From the NCBI RefSeq assembly GCF_006345805.1, contig NC_042999.1:83018001-83082000 (forward strand): DNA of 64,000 bases, given 5' to 3'. Position numbers and translations under genes: made by a program. Positions within the stretch are counted from its first letter, which is position 1. Each line of letters starts with the position of its first letter. Shown here in pieces: positions 25,197 to 38,062 of the stretch. The notes under the pieces are model-generated. The model saw only the letters and a list, made by a program, of their open reading frames with translations, was not told where the DNA came from and ran no database searches. The DNA is from Octopus sinensis. Its lineage: Eukaryota.

Positions 25197-26150
25197 ATGC
25201 AGAAATTGTCCCTTATATGCTTTCTTGAAACAATACATTATACAGTGTTTGGAGGCAGTCAAGTGAGGATTAAATATCAAAAATAAATAAATGAATAAAC
25301 TATACAGTATATGTGTTGTTGCTTAGTTGCAGGTCAACCCCAATTTAGCTGACCTTATGTTCAAAAGTATATGTAAAGTGTATTGGTCATTAGAGCAAAA
25401 ATCCCCAAGGGCCATGCATTACCTAATGTCCTTTTTTTTCTTCTTAGATTACCAGGTGATTTTGCTGTTATTTCTAGTCACCAGGTCTCTCACTTTGGCT
25501 CCTATTGTTGTTGATATAGCCTCAGGTCAGTTCCTGAAAGACCAGTTAACTGTAACAATCTAGCCTTGACCATTCCACTTTTTTTAGCATAATGCAAAGT
25601 GCTGCATTACACTACTTAATATTGCTTGTCTTTTACCTTTTATGAGAGTAAGATTGCACTTGGTAGACATCTGGCTGCTATTTCTTGCATGACCAGTGAC
25701 CACTTCTATATTTTATACTTATATATATATGTTTGTGTGTGTGAAGTATATTTGCCACTTATATATATATATGTATATAATCTTTTCCTATCATAGTTTT
25801 CCCAAGAGACTGTCGTTGCTAATGGCAGTGGGATGAACCATGGACAGGATTTACCAGGGGAAACATGTAATTAAAAACTTGTCCATATGAATCCCATGAG
25901 GGTGGAGGCTGGGAGGATTTGAGAAATCAGTGGAGAATAACAAAAAGGCAACATTTAATGTCTCTTGACCTCCTTAACTAACAAAGCCATAAAGAGGCCT
26001 AACTTGACCCCAACATACCCTCTTAATTAATATCCCTGACACCAACCACTCAACTGCCCCTGTCACTCTTAGAAAAAACTCTCTTCACCTCAGATCTGAC
26101 CTTATCTACTCTCCTCCTACCCTAAAATGGTAGTTGATATAAGGTCAGAT

Positions 26151-26183
<33 letters not shown>

Positions 26184-26788
26184 CATATGTTACATCCACT
26201 CTCTCTTTCACTCCACACACTCCTATTATGAGGGATAAGAGAGAGGACCATAGATGAAAGAAAAGGCAAGAGAATATTGAGAGAGAGAGAAAGAGAGAGA
26301 GAGAGAAGCATTGAAAGGGTGAGAGGAAACAGTTGAATGAAGAAAGAAAGAGAGGAAGAGGTAAGATATAGTGTGGTTGAAAAGAGCAAAGGACACAAAG
26401 ATATAAATAATAAAATAGTGAAATATAGGAATATAAATTTAGAAAGGTTAAGAGAAAGGGAAACAGCTGAGAAGAGAGATGGATAGATAGATACATATAT
26501 AGATAGATAGATAGGAAAGTGGTTATTGGCCATTCCTCTGGTTGACCAGAATGTAAACTCTTAGCTTCAGTGTTGCCTTTATTGCTTTAACTCTATTTCC
26601 TTTTATTACTCTTCAGCAAATCCCCACTTACACCATCCCAACCCTGACAGTTCATTAAATATTAATAGTTAAGATTTTTATGTTAATTGATATTAACTGA
26701 CTTAGCTGTGTGTGAGTCAAGAGAGGTTAAACTTGGGACACTCTATATAATACATATGTCCATACACACACACCACACACACATAATT

Positions 26789-26840
<52 letters not shown>

Positions 26841-26953
26841 TGTATGTATGTATATTTACACATATGCATGCAGGTGGTGCTATTAAGTTAGACATGGCCT
26901 GGACCAATCTTTGGTCGAAACATATCTAAGTTTATATATATATTAATAAAAAA

Positions 26954-27161
26954 ACAGTGTACATTTAAACACATAAGAGGTGACCATCATAGGACACCTA
27001 GCATGCTAGAAGGAGTAGCCAAAATCCAAACCACTATTAGGGATAAAACTTTTCATTCCCTTCGAAATTTATCCCTAATAGTGGTTTGGATTTTGGTTAC
27101 CCCTTCCAGCATGCTAGGTGTCCTATGATGGTCACCTCTTATATGTTTAAATATACACTGT
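26954..27161. repeat. Long palindrome, 94-bp arms and 20-bp spacer
   Basis: Arms 26954-27047 and 27068-27161; 5 mismatches, all transitions. Confidence 0.9.
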
Positions 27162-27290
27162 ATTTATATGAATAATATATAGTCTATTGACTAGTTTTCT
27201 ACATGCTAGGCCACTGGTAGTAAAAAATTTCTAAAATGTTTTCTTACCCTGATATTTATTAATTATACATACATATATATATGTATGTAT

Positions 27291-27482
27291 ATATATATTG
27301 TATTTTGAAATAATAGCATGAAATTCAATAAAAAAAAATTAATAAATTCTTAAACCGTCACGTTTCATTTCATATATTTATATATATATATTTAATGCAA
27401 AACTATTTTAGACATATATATCTTTGTGAGGAATTTTTTTGATATTGAATTTCATGCTATTATTTCAAAATGCAGTATATAT
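27291..27482. mobile_element. Small MITE-like element with 40-bp terminal inverted repeats
   Basis: 27291-27330 vs 27443-27482 match at 38/40; TA-rich flanks. Confidence 0.55.
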
Positions 27483-28345
27483 AATCGCTCGTATTAATGT
27501 CTAAATACTTTATAGTATTAATATTTTTGACATTTTATCCAAAGAGCACTCATTATAAATTCAGTGTATAATATTCTAACAGAATATATTTAATTAATGA
27601 TACATACATACATACATACATACACACATATATATATATATAATATATATATATATATATACACACACACGATGAGCATCTTAAGAATTGCAAGGATGCA
27701 GTGTACCCTATATATTCTATAAATGGTATTACACATGGTATTATATATAATTGCAAATTCCTTTTTCAGAACAAATCATTATCGAGTTTTAAATTTTAAA
27801 TGTCAATGGCTTAAGAAAATTTTACGATTTTTTTTATAATGTTATTTATTATTTATTCGATATTTTCTCCTTTTCTTCCCTCTGTCCCCACAATTAAACT
27901 TATGAGTTTTGTAAGTGAAAAGCCAAAAAGAAAACCCATTTATCTATGCTGTTATGTTCTATAGTTTATTTTAGCATTCATGGATAAGTCCATACTAGAG
28001 CACCACCTTCAATGCAGATTGCTATGTTGCTATGTGCAGTCTTTTTGTCTCTCCTCTACCATTTATTTTGTAGACTAATTTGGTTGTTATTAATTTTTTT
28101 TTTTTGTCAAGTCTCTCATTGCTAACTGGTAAGTCAGCAATTTGGTTGATGCTGCTCTATTTGGTTTTATAACCTCTTTCAAGCTGATTGATGTATTAAA
28201 CAAAAGAAGAGCATTGATTCGCCCTTTCAATGACCCAGAGAAAACTATCATTAAATGCAATATCATTACCTGTCTAAATATGTTTGAGGCACGCCCAAAC
28301 TGGGGCACAAACCATTCACTGTGTTTTGTTATAGAGAAAAGTTTT

Positions 28346-28694
28346 CAGGAGTGGCCATGTGGTAAGTAGCTTGCTTACAAACCACATAGTTCCGGGTTCA
28401 GTCCCACTGCCTGGTATTTTGGGCAAATGTCTTCTACTATAGCCTCGGGCCGACCAAAGCCTTGTAAGTGGATTTGGTAGGCGGAAACTGAAAGAAGCCC
28501 GTTGTATATATGTGTGTGTATATATATTTGTGTGTCTGTGTTTCCGTTCCCATAACTTAGCGGTACAGCAAAAGTGACTGATAGAATAAATACTAGGCTT
28601 ACAAAGAATAAGTCCTGGGGTCGATTTGCTCGACTAAAGGCGGTGCTCCAGCATGGCCACAGTCAAATGACTGAAACAAGTAAAGGGTAAAGAG
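28346..28694 (+). mobile_element. Family A SINE (internal deletion)
   Basis: Head, core, microsatellite and tail are all present. Confidence 0.85.
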
Positions 28695-29751
28695 TGTGGA
28701 CAAATGATGTATACACCTAGATCAGTTTGCAGCATTCCAGAGAAATTGTCTCCTCTCCAGTCACAGACATCAGGCAGGTGATGCTGCAAACTATCATGAA
28801 ATTCCTTATCATTTTTTAGGAAACCTTCCACATAATTTTGAATCTTTGAAGGCAATATTGGTAGATTTTAAAGAGTAGGCTTTGTTGCTCGCTGCTATTA
28901 TGCAAAGCAAGCTCTGCCAGAATTTATATTTTCAGGACTTCTGCATTCTGATTTAGAAAGAAGACCAACTACTCAGCTACAGTGATATTATTGGCAAAGG
29001 TGCACAACATGATATTAGGATCTACTGAAGATAACATGGGGCCAGTATTCCTGATGGAGCATTGTAAAATGCATCTTGGTTACAGCTGCTTGAAGGCAAG
29101 AGGTTTGATAAATCCTTTTTTGTGAGAGTGTAAAGGGTATACAAGAATATGAGAGTGTCGCCCATTCTACATAGTTTTCCTCTGTTCGTCAAAATTTAGT
29201 GCAAGAGCCGCCAGAATCAACTGCGCACATACTGGCAAAGTGTTTTATAGCATGGGGATACATGCATTCACAGTAGTTGAGTTCTCTAAATATATCTGAC
29301 GTAAATAAGTTTCTGTTTACTGAAATTTATGTGAGATTTTTGTTTTGGAAAAATTAAGTAATGAATAGAATAATTATTTCAGACAAGTGTTTTGATGGGA
29401 GATATTCACATTTGGTATTTATTTTCTCTTCTTGGCAGACTGGATACATTGATTCTATGTTAAGTTTTTTCCCTGGAGAATACGGTTTGTTTATCTCTGA
29501 AAATTAATTCTGTTATTGTTGTGTAACACTGGGTCAGCCATATTGAGTAGATTTATGATCAAAGGCATTCCAGCTGTGACCATCACATCTTGTTTTCAGT
29601 CAAAGTGTCTCTAGAATTTTATTATTCAATCTATTTTTTCATTTCTTTATTTTGACTATGTGCAATATGAAGATCATTTAGTTACTGTCTGCAGCAGATT
29701 TAGTGATCTTGTTGAGGTTCCTTCACTGACTTAAATATTGTACCTGTATGT

Positions 29752-29987
29752 TTAACCATTTTGCTACCATATTTCTGTTGAGATGTTCTGCCTTTCTTTC
29801 AATTCATTTTAAGTATAACAAAAAAAAATTAATAAAATAACTTGGGGATCATTAAGCTAGTGTTAGGAGCAAGCATAAATTGTGACTAAGTTTTGGTGGA
29901 AGATTTTGATTCAGAACTTTTCAAAACAAGACATTTGTACTACAGAGCCGGAGGCGGTTTCAGGTGGGTTGATATCAAAAGGAGTAA
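29752..29987. mobile_element. Second piggyBac-like MITE type, degenerate
   Basis: TTAA-CCATTTTGCTACC at the left end and GATATCAAAAGGA-GTAA at the right end, an imperfect TIR pair. Confidence 0.4.
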
Positions 29988-30607
29988 TCAAATAATTCCA
30001 GTAGATATAAGCATGCCACCAATTATACTTCCATATACTTATACTTTGAAGCTCATTAATACATTTTCATCATAATCTAATCTGATGCCAATTCTTTATC
30101 TGTTCATACTTTTATCCAATTACGCATATTTTCCTGTTTATACCTCTATCTTATTATGCGTATTTTCATCATAGGCGTAAGGCGCTACCTTTACTGATCT
30201 GTAGATATGGATAAGTGAGATTATGCGATGTTCATTCATTTACAATTATGGTTTTGACATGAAGATGTGACTTGACAAGGTTTACAACGCTGACCTTAAA
30301 TACATGCAGAAAACATGTATGAATTTATATAGTAGTAGAAACTTATAAACAGCTTTTTTGCTTAGCAAATTGTATTCAAAAGACATTTGCTAATTCAAGG
30401 CTACTATAGCAGACATATTTGCCCAAGTTTAATCACAGTGTGATCAAACACTGAAGTAGGTGGATTTGCAGAAAACTTCTTAACCACACTGCTATGATTG
30501 TGCTGATATATATATATATATATATATGTATATATGCACACGTGCGTGCACACACACACACATGTGCATATATAATGAGTATCTGTATTTTATGAATGTA
30601 TACATGT

Positions 30608-30932
30608 GAGGGCACGTGGCTTAGTGGTTAGGGCATTCGGCTCACGATTGTAAGGTTGTGAGTTCGATTCCTGGCGACGCGTTGTGTCCTTGAGCAAGAC
30701 TCTTTATTTCACGTTGCTCCAGTCCACTCCGCTGGCAAAAATTAGTAGTACCTGTATTTCAAAAAAGGGCCAGCCTTCTCACACTCTGTGTCACGCTGAA
30801 TCTCCTTGCGAATTACGTTAAGGGTACACGTGTCTGAGATGTGCTCAGCCACTTGCACTTTAATTTCACGAGCAAGCTGTTCTGTTGATCGTATCAGCTG
30901 GGACCCTCGTCATCACAACTGATGGAGTGCTC
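30608..30932 (+). mobile_element. Family B tRNA-derived SINE, full length, with 25-bp TSD
   Basis: A box TGGCTTAGTGG, B box GAGTTCGATTCC, TGTGTCCTTGAGCAAG core; exact repeat CTGTATTTTATGAATGTATACATGT at 30583-30607 and 30933-30957. Confidence 0.9.
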
Positions 30933-31460
30933 CTGTATTTTATGAATGTATACATGTACATAATTTTCAATATATGTTTATTATGTGCATGACAGCATGA
31001 AAGGTATTCGCACAGATATTCATTACTAAACTCGTACACAACATATGCATATACAACATTCAGTATATATACCCACTCGCATCTCATGTTCTCAAAGTAA
31101 TCTATGTACTTAGATGTGCACATGTATGTAGATGTATATCTGTCTGTCTGTCTATCTATCTTAGAGAGCTAAGATAGATAGATGGCTGTCTGTCTGACTG
31201 TCTATCTATCTTTCTGGCTATTTATCTATCTATCTGTCTTTCAATCTATTTATCTATATACATCTATTTCTGTGTAAATATGTGTATGTGTGTGTGTGAG
31301 TGTGTGTGTGTGTATGTATGTATCTATGTATATCTATCTATCTATATCCATCTCTATGTATCAATTTAGAATATATATGTCTATATATGGAAAAAAAATG
31401 CAAGTATACATTGAACATAAGTAGATCCAAGGATTTCTTAATGCATGCATGTGTGCATGT

Positions 31461-31504
<44 letters not shown>

Positions 31505-34500
31505 ACACAAGTACACACGCACGCAAACATTCATCTTTTCAAGAATTAGGGAAATACATTTATGGAAGCAGTTATAGTTCTTTAAGATCTAAATGGAAAT
31601 ACATTCTTAGTATCTAGAAATCTCTATTGCCTCAATCCTTTTCTTAGATTTTGGCTCCATTAATCGACAATCGACATCTGCAACAAACTGAAGGATCCAA
31701 GATTTTTTTTTCCTCCTGCTTCTCTCTAGTGTCTTATTTTATTTGGTATATATGGTATATATGCCTGTTAAACTCAGGCATTGACCTAAATATCACTGTG
31801 TTTGTGCATGCGTGTATATATATAGTATGTGTGTGTGTATATATCTCATATGGGAAAATGGTGATATATGAATATTTATATACACATGCATACACACATA
31901 CACACACACACGTGAATACATACATGTATGTATTCATATATGTTTATGTGTATACATGTGTATGCATATATTTTTGTATATACACACACACATCTGTAAT
32001 GATGATGATGATGATGTGTAAATATGTGTGTATATATACACCTACACTTATGAATGTGCATATAACTATGTACACACACATGTATCCACTTATATATGTG
32101 TGTATGTGTGTGTCTACATATATACACACTCACATGTATATATGCACATGCCTATCGCTTAATTACATTCTATGGTATTATTGTGCATGTATATGCACTT
32201 CTCTCTCCCTCTCTATCTGTCTCCCTCTCTATCTGTCTCTCTCTATCTCTCTCCGTCTCTATCTGTCTCTCTCTCTCTCACACATGCATACACACATACA
32301 CATAGAGGGGGGAAATAGAGTTTTCCTGTTCTTTTAATCTCTTAAGTATGTTTTCCTCAGCCCCTCACCAATTCGCTGCCACTCAGTAAATCTACTTCCC
32401 AGTGACTTACTTACAGTGTTCAGCACAGTACTCTACTCTACTCTGCTGTACTTTTTACATTAGTAAAGCAATCTGCAGGCGTCTGTCTTCTACCTATTGT
32501 TAGGTGGAAGGACAGGGGTAGAATGTGTGTGTGTGTGTAAGAATGCAACATACATATGCACATATTCGTATGCATACACGTGTGTACATATATTCATTCT
32601 AGATCTAATGTTCTCTGTATATGTCAATGTGTATCGCTGCACATACGGAGTGATACACATTTCGCCATGTAATTATGCATATTTGTGCTTGCATCTGCAT
32701 GCACACACATGCACATACATATATACATATATATGTGTGTGTGTGTGTGTGTCTATATACACACACACACATAATTAAATGGGTTTGTATACATATTGTT
32801 GTGAATTGATACACACACATACATACACACATCTATGCATCCTCTATATAATGTTCCTGTGTATGTAGATACATGCATATGTATGTATATATACATGCAC
32901 ATGTATGTATATATACATGCATGTCTGTGTGTACCAGCATGGAAGGTGGACTTCAAACCATGATGATACACACACACACACACACATATACACATACACT
33001 CACATATACACACATGCATACTTCCTGTTTCTCTCTATGCTCTTATAGATACTACCAAGTTTTTCTCTGTTGGTTGTGTTTCTCATGCTTTTGGTTTAAC
33101 ACTTTGAATCCTACCTGATATTCTATCTGAATTGCAGCCAATATGTCAACTGTTTATATCCCCTGAACAATGCTACCAGCTTTTCTTCATTTCCAAGACA
33201 ATGCCCATCCATCAACCATGCATGTGGTTTGATACGAATAACAAAGAACCATTTGTAAACGTTTCCTTTCACTCTGATCAATTTTCAATAGCTCCAGGGC
33301 TTAATTAAGGTCTGCTGTCTTGGTTGTTTGTTGTTCAGCTCCAGGTCAAACCCGATGAAGTGGACAGGCATTCCAGCTGTGTTGAAAACCATTACAACCA
33401 TGACTATCTTGGTTGTAATGTAAGGGTTTTTACAGGAGAGTGTTATTTAATATGTACTTTCTTCATTTAAGCTGGTAAGGTGTAATTTTAGGAAGGTGAT
33501 TTGGCTATTGTTTTGTACATTTTGAGCAAAGACTTAGTGGCTCTATGTAAGTTAGAAACAAATTTCCTACAAGGTGAGGATGGAGAGTCTTTGAAATAGA
33601 TTAGAAGCAGATTCTGTCAGGAAAGGACTCTTGTCTCATTTAAAGAACTCTGTCAGCTGTCACAGAATCCTGTCCAACGGTTCACTGACAGATTCTGCAT
33701 ATCATAAGTACCATTTCTTCACCTCTGTTATACACGAATTTAAGCACATAGAATTAAATTTATGAAATTGCATCCAGAACCAGTTATTCGTCATCGTCTT
33801 CATCATCATCATTGCCATTTTTTAACATCCGCTTTCCATGCTGGCATGGGTTGAATGGTTTGATAGCAGCTGTATCTATTTTGGGATGGTTTTTATAGTT
33901 GGATGCCCTTCAACCACCCCACAGAGTGGTCTGAATGCTTTTTATATGGTACCAGCACAGGCAAGGTCAGTTTTGGCATGGTTTTTATAGCTAAATTCCC
34001 TTTGTAATACCAACCACCTCACCAAATGGACTGAGTGCTTTTTATGTGGTGCTAGCACAAACAAGGTCAGTTTTGAAATGGTTTTTATAGCTGGATACCC
34101 TTCCAAATGCTAACCACTTTACAGTGTGGTCTGGATGTTCTTTACATGGCACCAGCACAGTTTCTTGCTCATCTTAATTGTAATTGTTATCATCATCATC
34201 ATCATCATCAACATCTACCATTATTTCATGCTTTCATGCATCACATGGAATTCATTGAGGCCGATTTACTAGGGTCAGATGCCCTTCCTGTCACCAACCA
34301 TCCTCTAATATTTTGCCTAGGTTGGGCAGGTTTTCATGGAAGATGGAATTGGGCAGTGTCACTTGTATAATGACATCAATCACATTTATTACATGATGGC
34401 TTGATAAGGACACAAGCATACCCACATTCCTGCAGAGACACACACACACAAACACACTCTCACACACACTCACATACAAAATAATGAAGGCAGCTATATG

Positions 34501-34783
34501 CAATACAAAATCAAAAAGGAGAGCAAGAAACCTAGGGTAACCCCATAAACCGGCCTACCCCACAGTAATATTAACTGCTCTACATCTTACTGTGTGCTTC
34601 CCCTCCAGATTTATGTATTTCTACAAACGATATATATATATTTATATATAAAATATGGGGTTTTAGTTCACAGGTGATTTAAACAATTAGGTACGCTAGG
34701 TAAGTGCTGTAACGGATTACTGGGGCTTCAAGGTTATAGCCGAGACGGTAGTTATGAAGCCATTGCAGATTTCTGATGCAACG

Positions 34784-35175
34784 GATATATAATTGTTAAA
34801 GAGGACAGCAAACATTAAGGCAAGGCAAACATCTCAATTCATGTATGTTATTATTATTGGAAAAAATTCAAAGTCTTACAGCTGTTTCTGAGATACCCTA
34901 GAGTATGCGATATTCTGTCATTGGAAACAAGTAGGGAAAATGAGAAGATATAGATTAATGAAATGATGACATCTCCTTATTCCTTTACTCCTGTCCTCTA
35001 TGTCATTAGTTCATTAATCTATATCTTTCTCATTTTCCCTATTTGTCTCTGATGATGAAATATCCCAGAAACAGTAGTAAGACTTTGAAATTTTTCCAAT
35101 AATAATAATAATGTATATGACTTGGGAGGTTTGCCTTGCCTTAATGTTTGTTGTCCTCTTTAACAATTATATATC
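34784..35175. mobile_element. Foldback element (~190/175-bp arms, 27-bp pyrimidine spacer) with a hammerhead motif in each arm, Penelope-like
   Basis: 34784-34972 is the reverse complement of 35000-35175, apart from a ~17-bp deletion in the right arm and scattered substitutions. Confidence 0.75.
35045..35083 (+). ncRNA. Type I minimal hammerhead ribozyme motif (predicted cleavage after GUA, position 35079)
   Basis: GTCT-CTGATGA-TG(AAATATCC)CA-GAAA-CAGTAG-TA-AGAC: all core nucleotides intact; stem I 4 bp, stem II 2 bp, stem III 2 bp. Confidence 0.55.
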
Positions 35176-36328
35176 TGTATATACATACACACACATAGTA
35201 ATGATGGGCACTTTTTTCAGTTTCTATCTACCACATCCGCTCACAAGAAAGGCTGTGGCAATCTAGAGCTGTAATAGAAAGATGCTTGCCCAAAGTGCCA
35301 TGTAATGGGGACTGAACCTGAAAACCACATGGTTCCAAAGTGTGCTTCTAAACCACACTGCCATGCCTGTTCCTATAACATAAATAAAATACAAAGTGTG
35401 GCTTTATCCTAATTTCTGGTGGAAACTGACTGATTTCTGGCACAAAGAAACATTACTTTGTGTGAAAGGATGTGGTGGCTGTGGTGGGGAGGTACTGGAG
35501 GATGGTGAGGAAGTTGAGGAGGATGGTGATTTATAACAATGGTAGTAGTTGTGGTGATGATGATGATGAATGATCCACAGAGCTGTTAAAGTGATGCTGG
35601 TGGTGTTGATAATTCTAGCAGTGGTGATTTTGTAGCCTGATGATAATACTGATGATGATGATGATGATGGTAGACTAGTGCAGTCTACTAGCTTGCCAGT
35701 CTTCAGTTAAACCGTTCAACCCATGCCTTCATGGAAAGCAGGCATTAAACGATGATGATGATGATTCTTATTAGAAGCTGAGCTAAACAAGATAAAATGA
35801 GAGCTGGTGTTGATGGTGCATAATATTGTTGTTGCTGTTGTTGTTGTTTAACTCAAACAATATGGTGGCTCACACAAACCTTTAACTAGGAGGTATTGCA
35901 GCCATGGACCTCCCCCTTTTTTTTTTTGGTTGTAGTGTAAGCAACTAGAACAATTTTTAAACAAAGTGAAATTTGAGGGAGATTTGACTGCACTTTCTAG
36001 CAGGCCAAGCATCCTCCTAGAAGCCTCCCTTGTTGGTTGCTCAGCATCATGGATGGACCCCATGTGGTAGGGATGATGGTGTTGGGTGGAGACATACTTC
36101 TTTCTCCCCCCCCTCCTTTAGCATCCCCCCACCCATTTCCCCTGCAGTCCCTTTGTTTATATAAGGTGCCAGCCATTCCACCAAAATCAACAACTTCCTG
36201 TTTACAAAATACATCTGATTCCTTTTCCTGATGGACTTTCAATGTCACACACTGAATGAAATACATTAAGCTTGTCAGTGGTTTTCTGTATGTGAGGGTA
36301 AGTTGTATGTATTTCTGAGCCATTGTGA

Positions 36329-36374
<46 letters not shown>

Positions 36375-37607
36375 GGTAGTGGCAGTGGAGATATATGTTT
36401 ATATTATTGGCAGTACATGTATTTATATGGCAGTTATGTTATGTTTCATGAGTCTTTATTTGTATGGTTAAATGTTTGTGCACACACACACACATACACA
36501 TGCACATACATTCCTATTACATGTACACACACACCCATGTAATATGTTATAAACATACATATATGTATGTAGGCTTATACTCTTTTGGTAAATATTTAAT
36601 TTTATTTCTCCATGGACAGAAGGAATGAGATTAATAATATATACTACACACACATATATCATCATCATCATCATATCTGTCTTCCATACTGGCAAGACAG
36701 GACTGCACCAAGTTCCACTGTTGGCTTTGGCATGGTTTTTACAGCTGGATACCCTTCTTAATCCCCCAAATGTTATAGAGTGGACTGGGTACTTTTTATG
36801 TGGCACCAGCACTGGCAAGGTCTGTGTGGTATAGTTTATATATAGCTGGATGCCCCCCCCCCCCAATATATATTTACATATCATCAACATCATCATTTAA
36901 CCATTTCCATGCTTCGATCAGTCAGATGGAATTTGTCGAAGCAGATTTTTCTCCAGTTAGATGCCTTCCCTGTTGCCAACCATCACCTGTTTCCAATCAT
37001 GGTAATATATCCCTACTAAAAACTAGAAATGAACAAAATTTGTGTGATTATGATGCACATCTACAGCCATCATATAATGTCTAAGCACCAAACGTATTAA
37101 TTGTAAAAACATTGACTGTATAAAAGCAAAAGTTGTGGTTTGTGCATAGCAGAGAAAATAAAATCCTCAAGTAATCAAGACTGGTTTTAAACACCAGATC
37201 AGAGATTCTAGGAAAAACAGACATTTCAAGAAGCATCTATTACAGAATTAGGAAAGAGAACACTCACTGGATTAGAACCGCAAAAATGCACAAACATTTC
37301 ATACGTTTTCATCAGCGATCTCTTCCCCACTTTTGCACCTTCTCTCTTATTTCTGTCATTCTACTACCTACTTTTCCTTCCAACATAGCTATTTTCTTCT
37401 CTCTTCATTGCTAAGTATGGAACCTCTTAATTCTTTATATCATATCTGTCCTATTTTCACAAAAAAAAAAAAGAAGGATGAAAGAAATTCATATAAATTT
37501 TATGTGTATTGCATCCAGCTGTAGAAATCATGTCAAAGCAGACAGGAGAGTTTGGTGCAACTCTCTGGCTTGTCAGCTGCTGTCATAGGGTCCAGCCCAT
37601 GCCAGTG

Positions 37608-37734
37608 GTGGGTGTGGTTGTGCGGTAAGAAGTCCCACTGCATGGCACCTTGAGCAAGCGTCTTCTACTATAGCCTCAGGCCAACCAAAGCCTTGTGAGT
37701 TAATTCGCTGGACAGAAACTGAATGAAATCCATC

Positions 37735-37766
<32 letters not shown>

Positions 37767-37785
37767 ATGCATGCAAGCATGTATG

Positions 37786-37823
<38 letters not shown>

Positions 37824-38062
37824 CATGCAAGCATGTATGTATATGTATATGTGTGTGTGTGTTTGTGTTTGTCCTTCCACCTTCACTTGACAACTGATGT
37901 TGGTATGGTCATGTCCTCGTAACTTAGCGGTTCAACAAAAGAGACCAATATAATAAGTACTGGGCTTACAAAGAATAAGTCCTGGTATCGATTTCTTCGA
38001 CTAAAAAATACCTTTAAGTAGAGCTGCAGCATGGCCTTAGTCAACGGAAACAAGTAAAAGAA
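37608..38062 (+). mobile_element. Family A SINE with duplicated internal microsatellite
   Basis: Shortened head, core, duplicated GTGTATGCATGCAAGCATGTATG unit, and tail. Confidence 0.8.

Noticed and set aside
31651-32337. Longest ORF in the track (228 aa)
   Set aside because: Runs through TG/CA/TA/GAT/CT simple repeats; low complexity with no domain.
37278-37320. Minus-strand CTGATGA...GAAA hammerhead-like core
   Set aside because: Stem II is about 1 bp and stem I cannot form in register.
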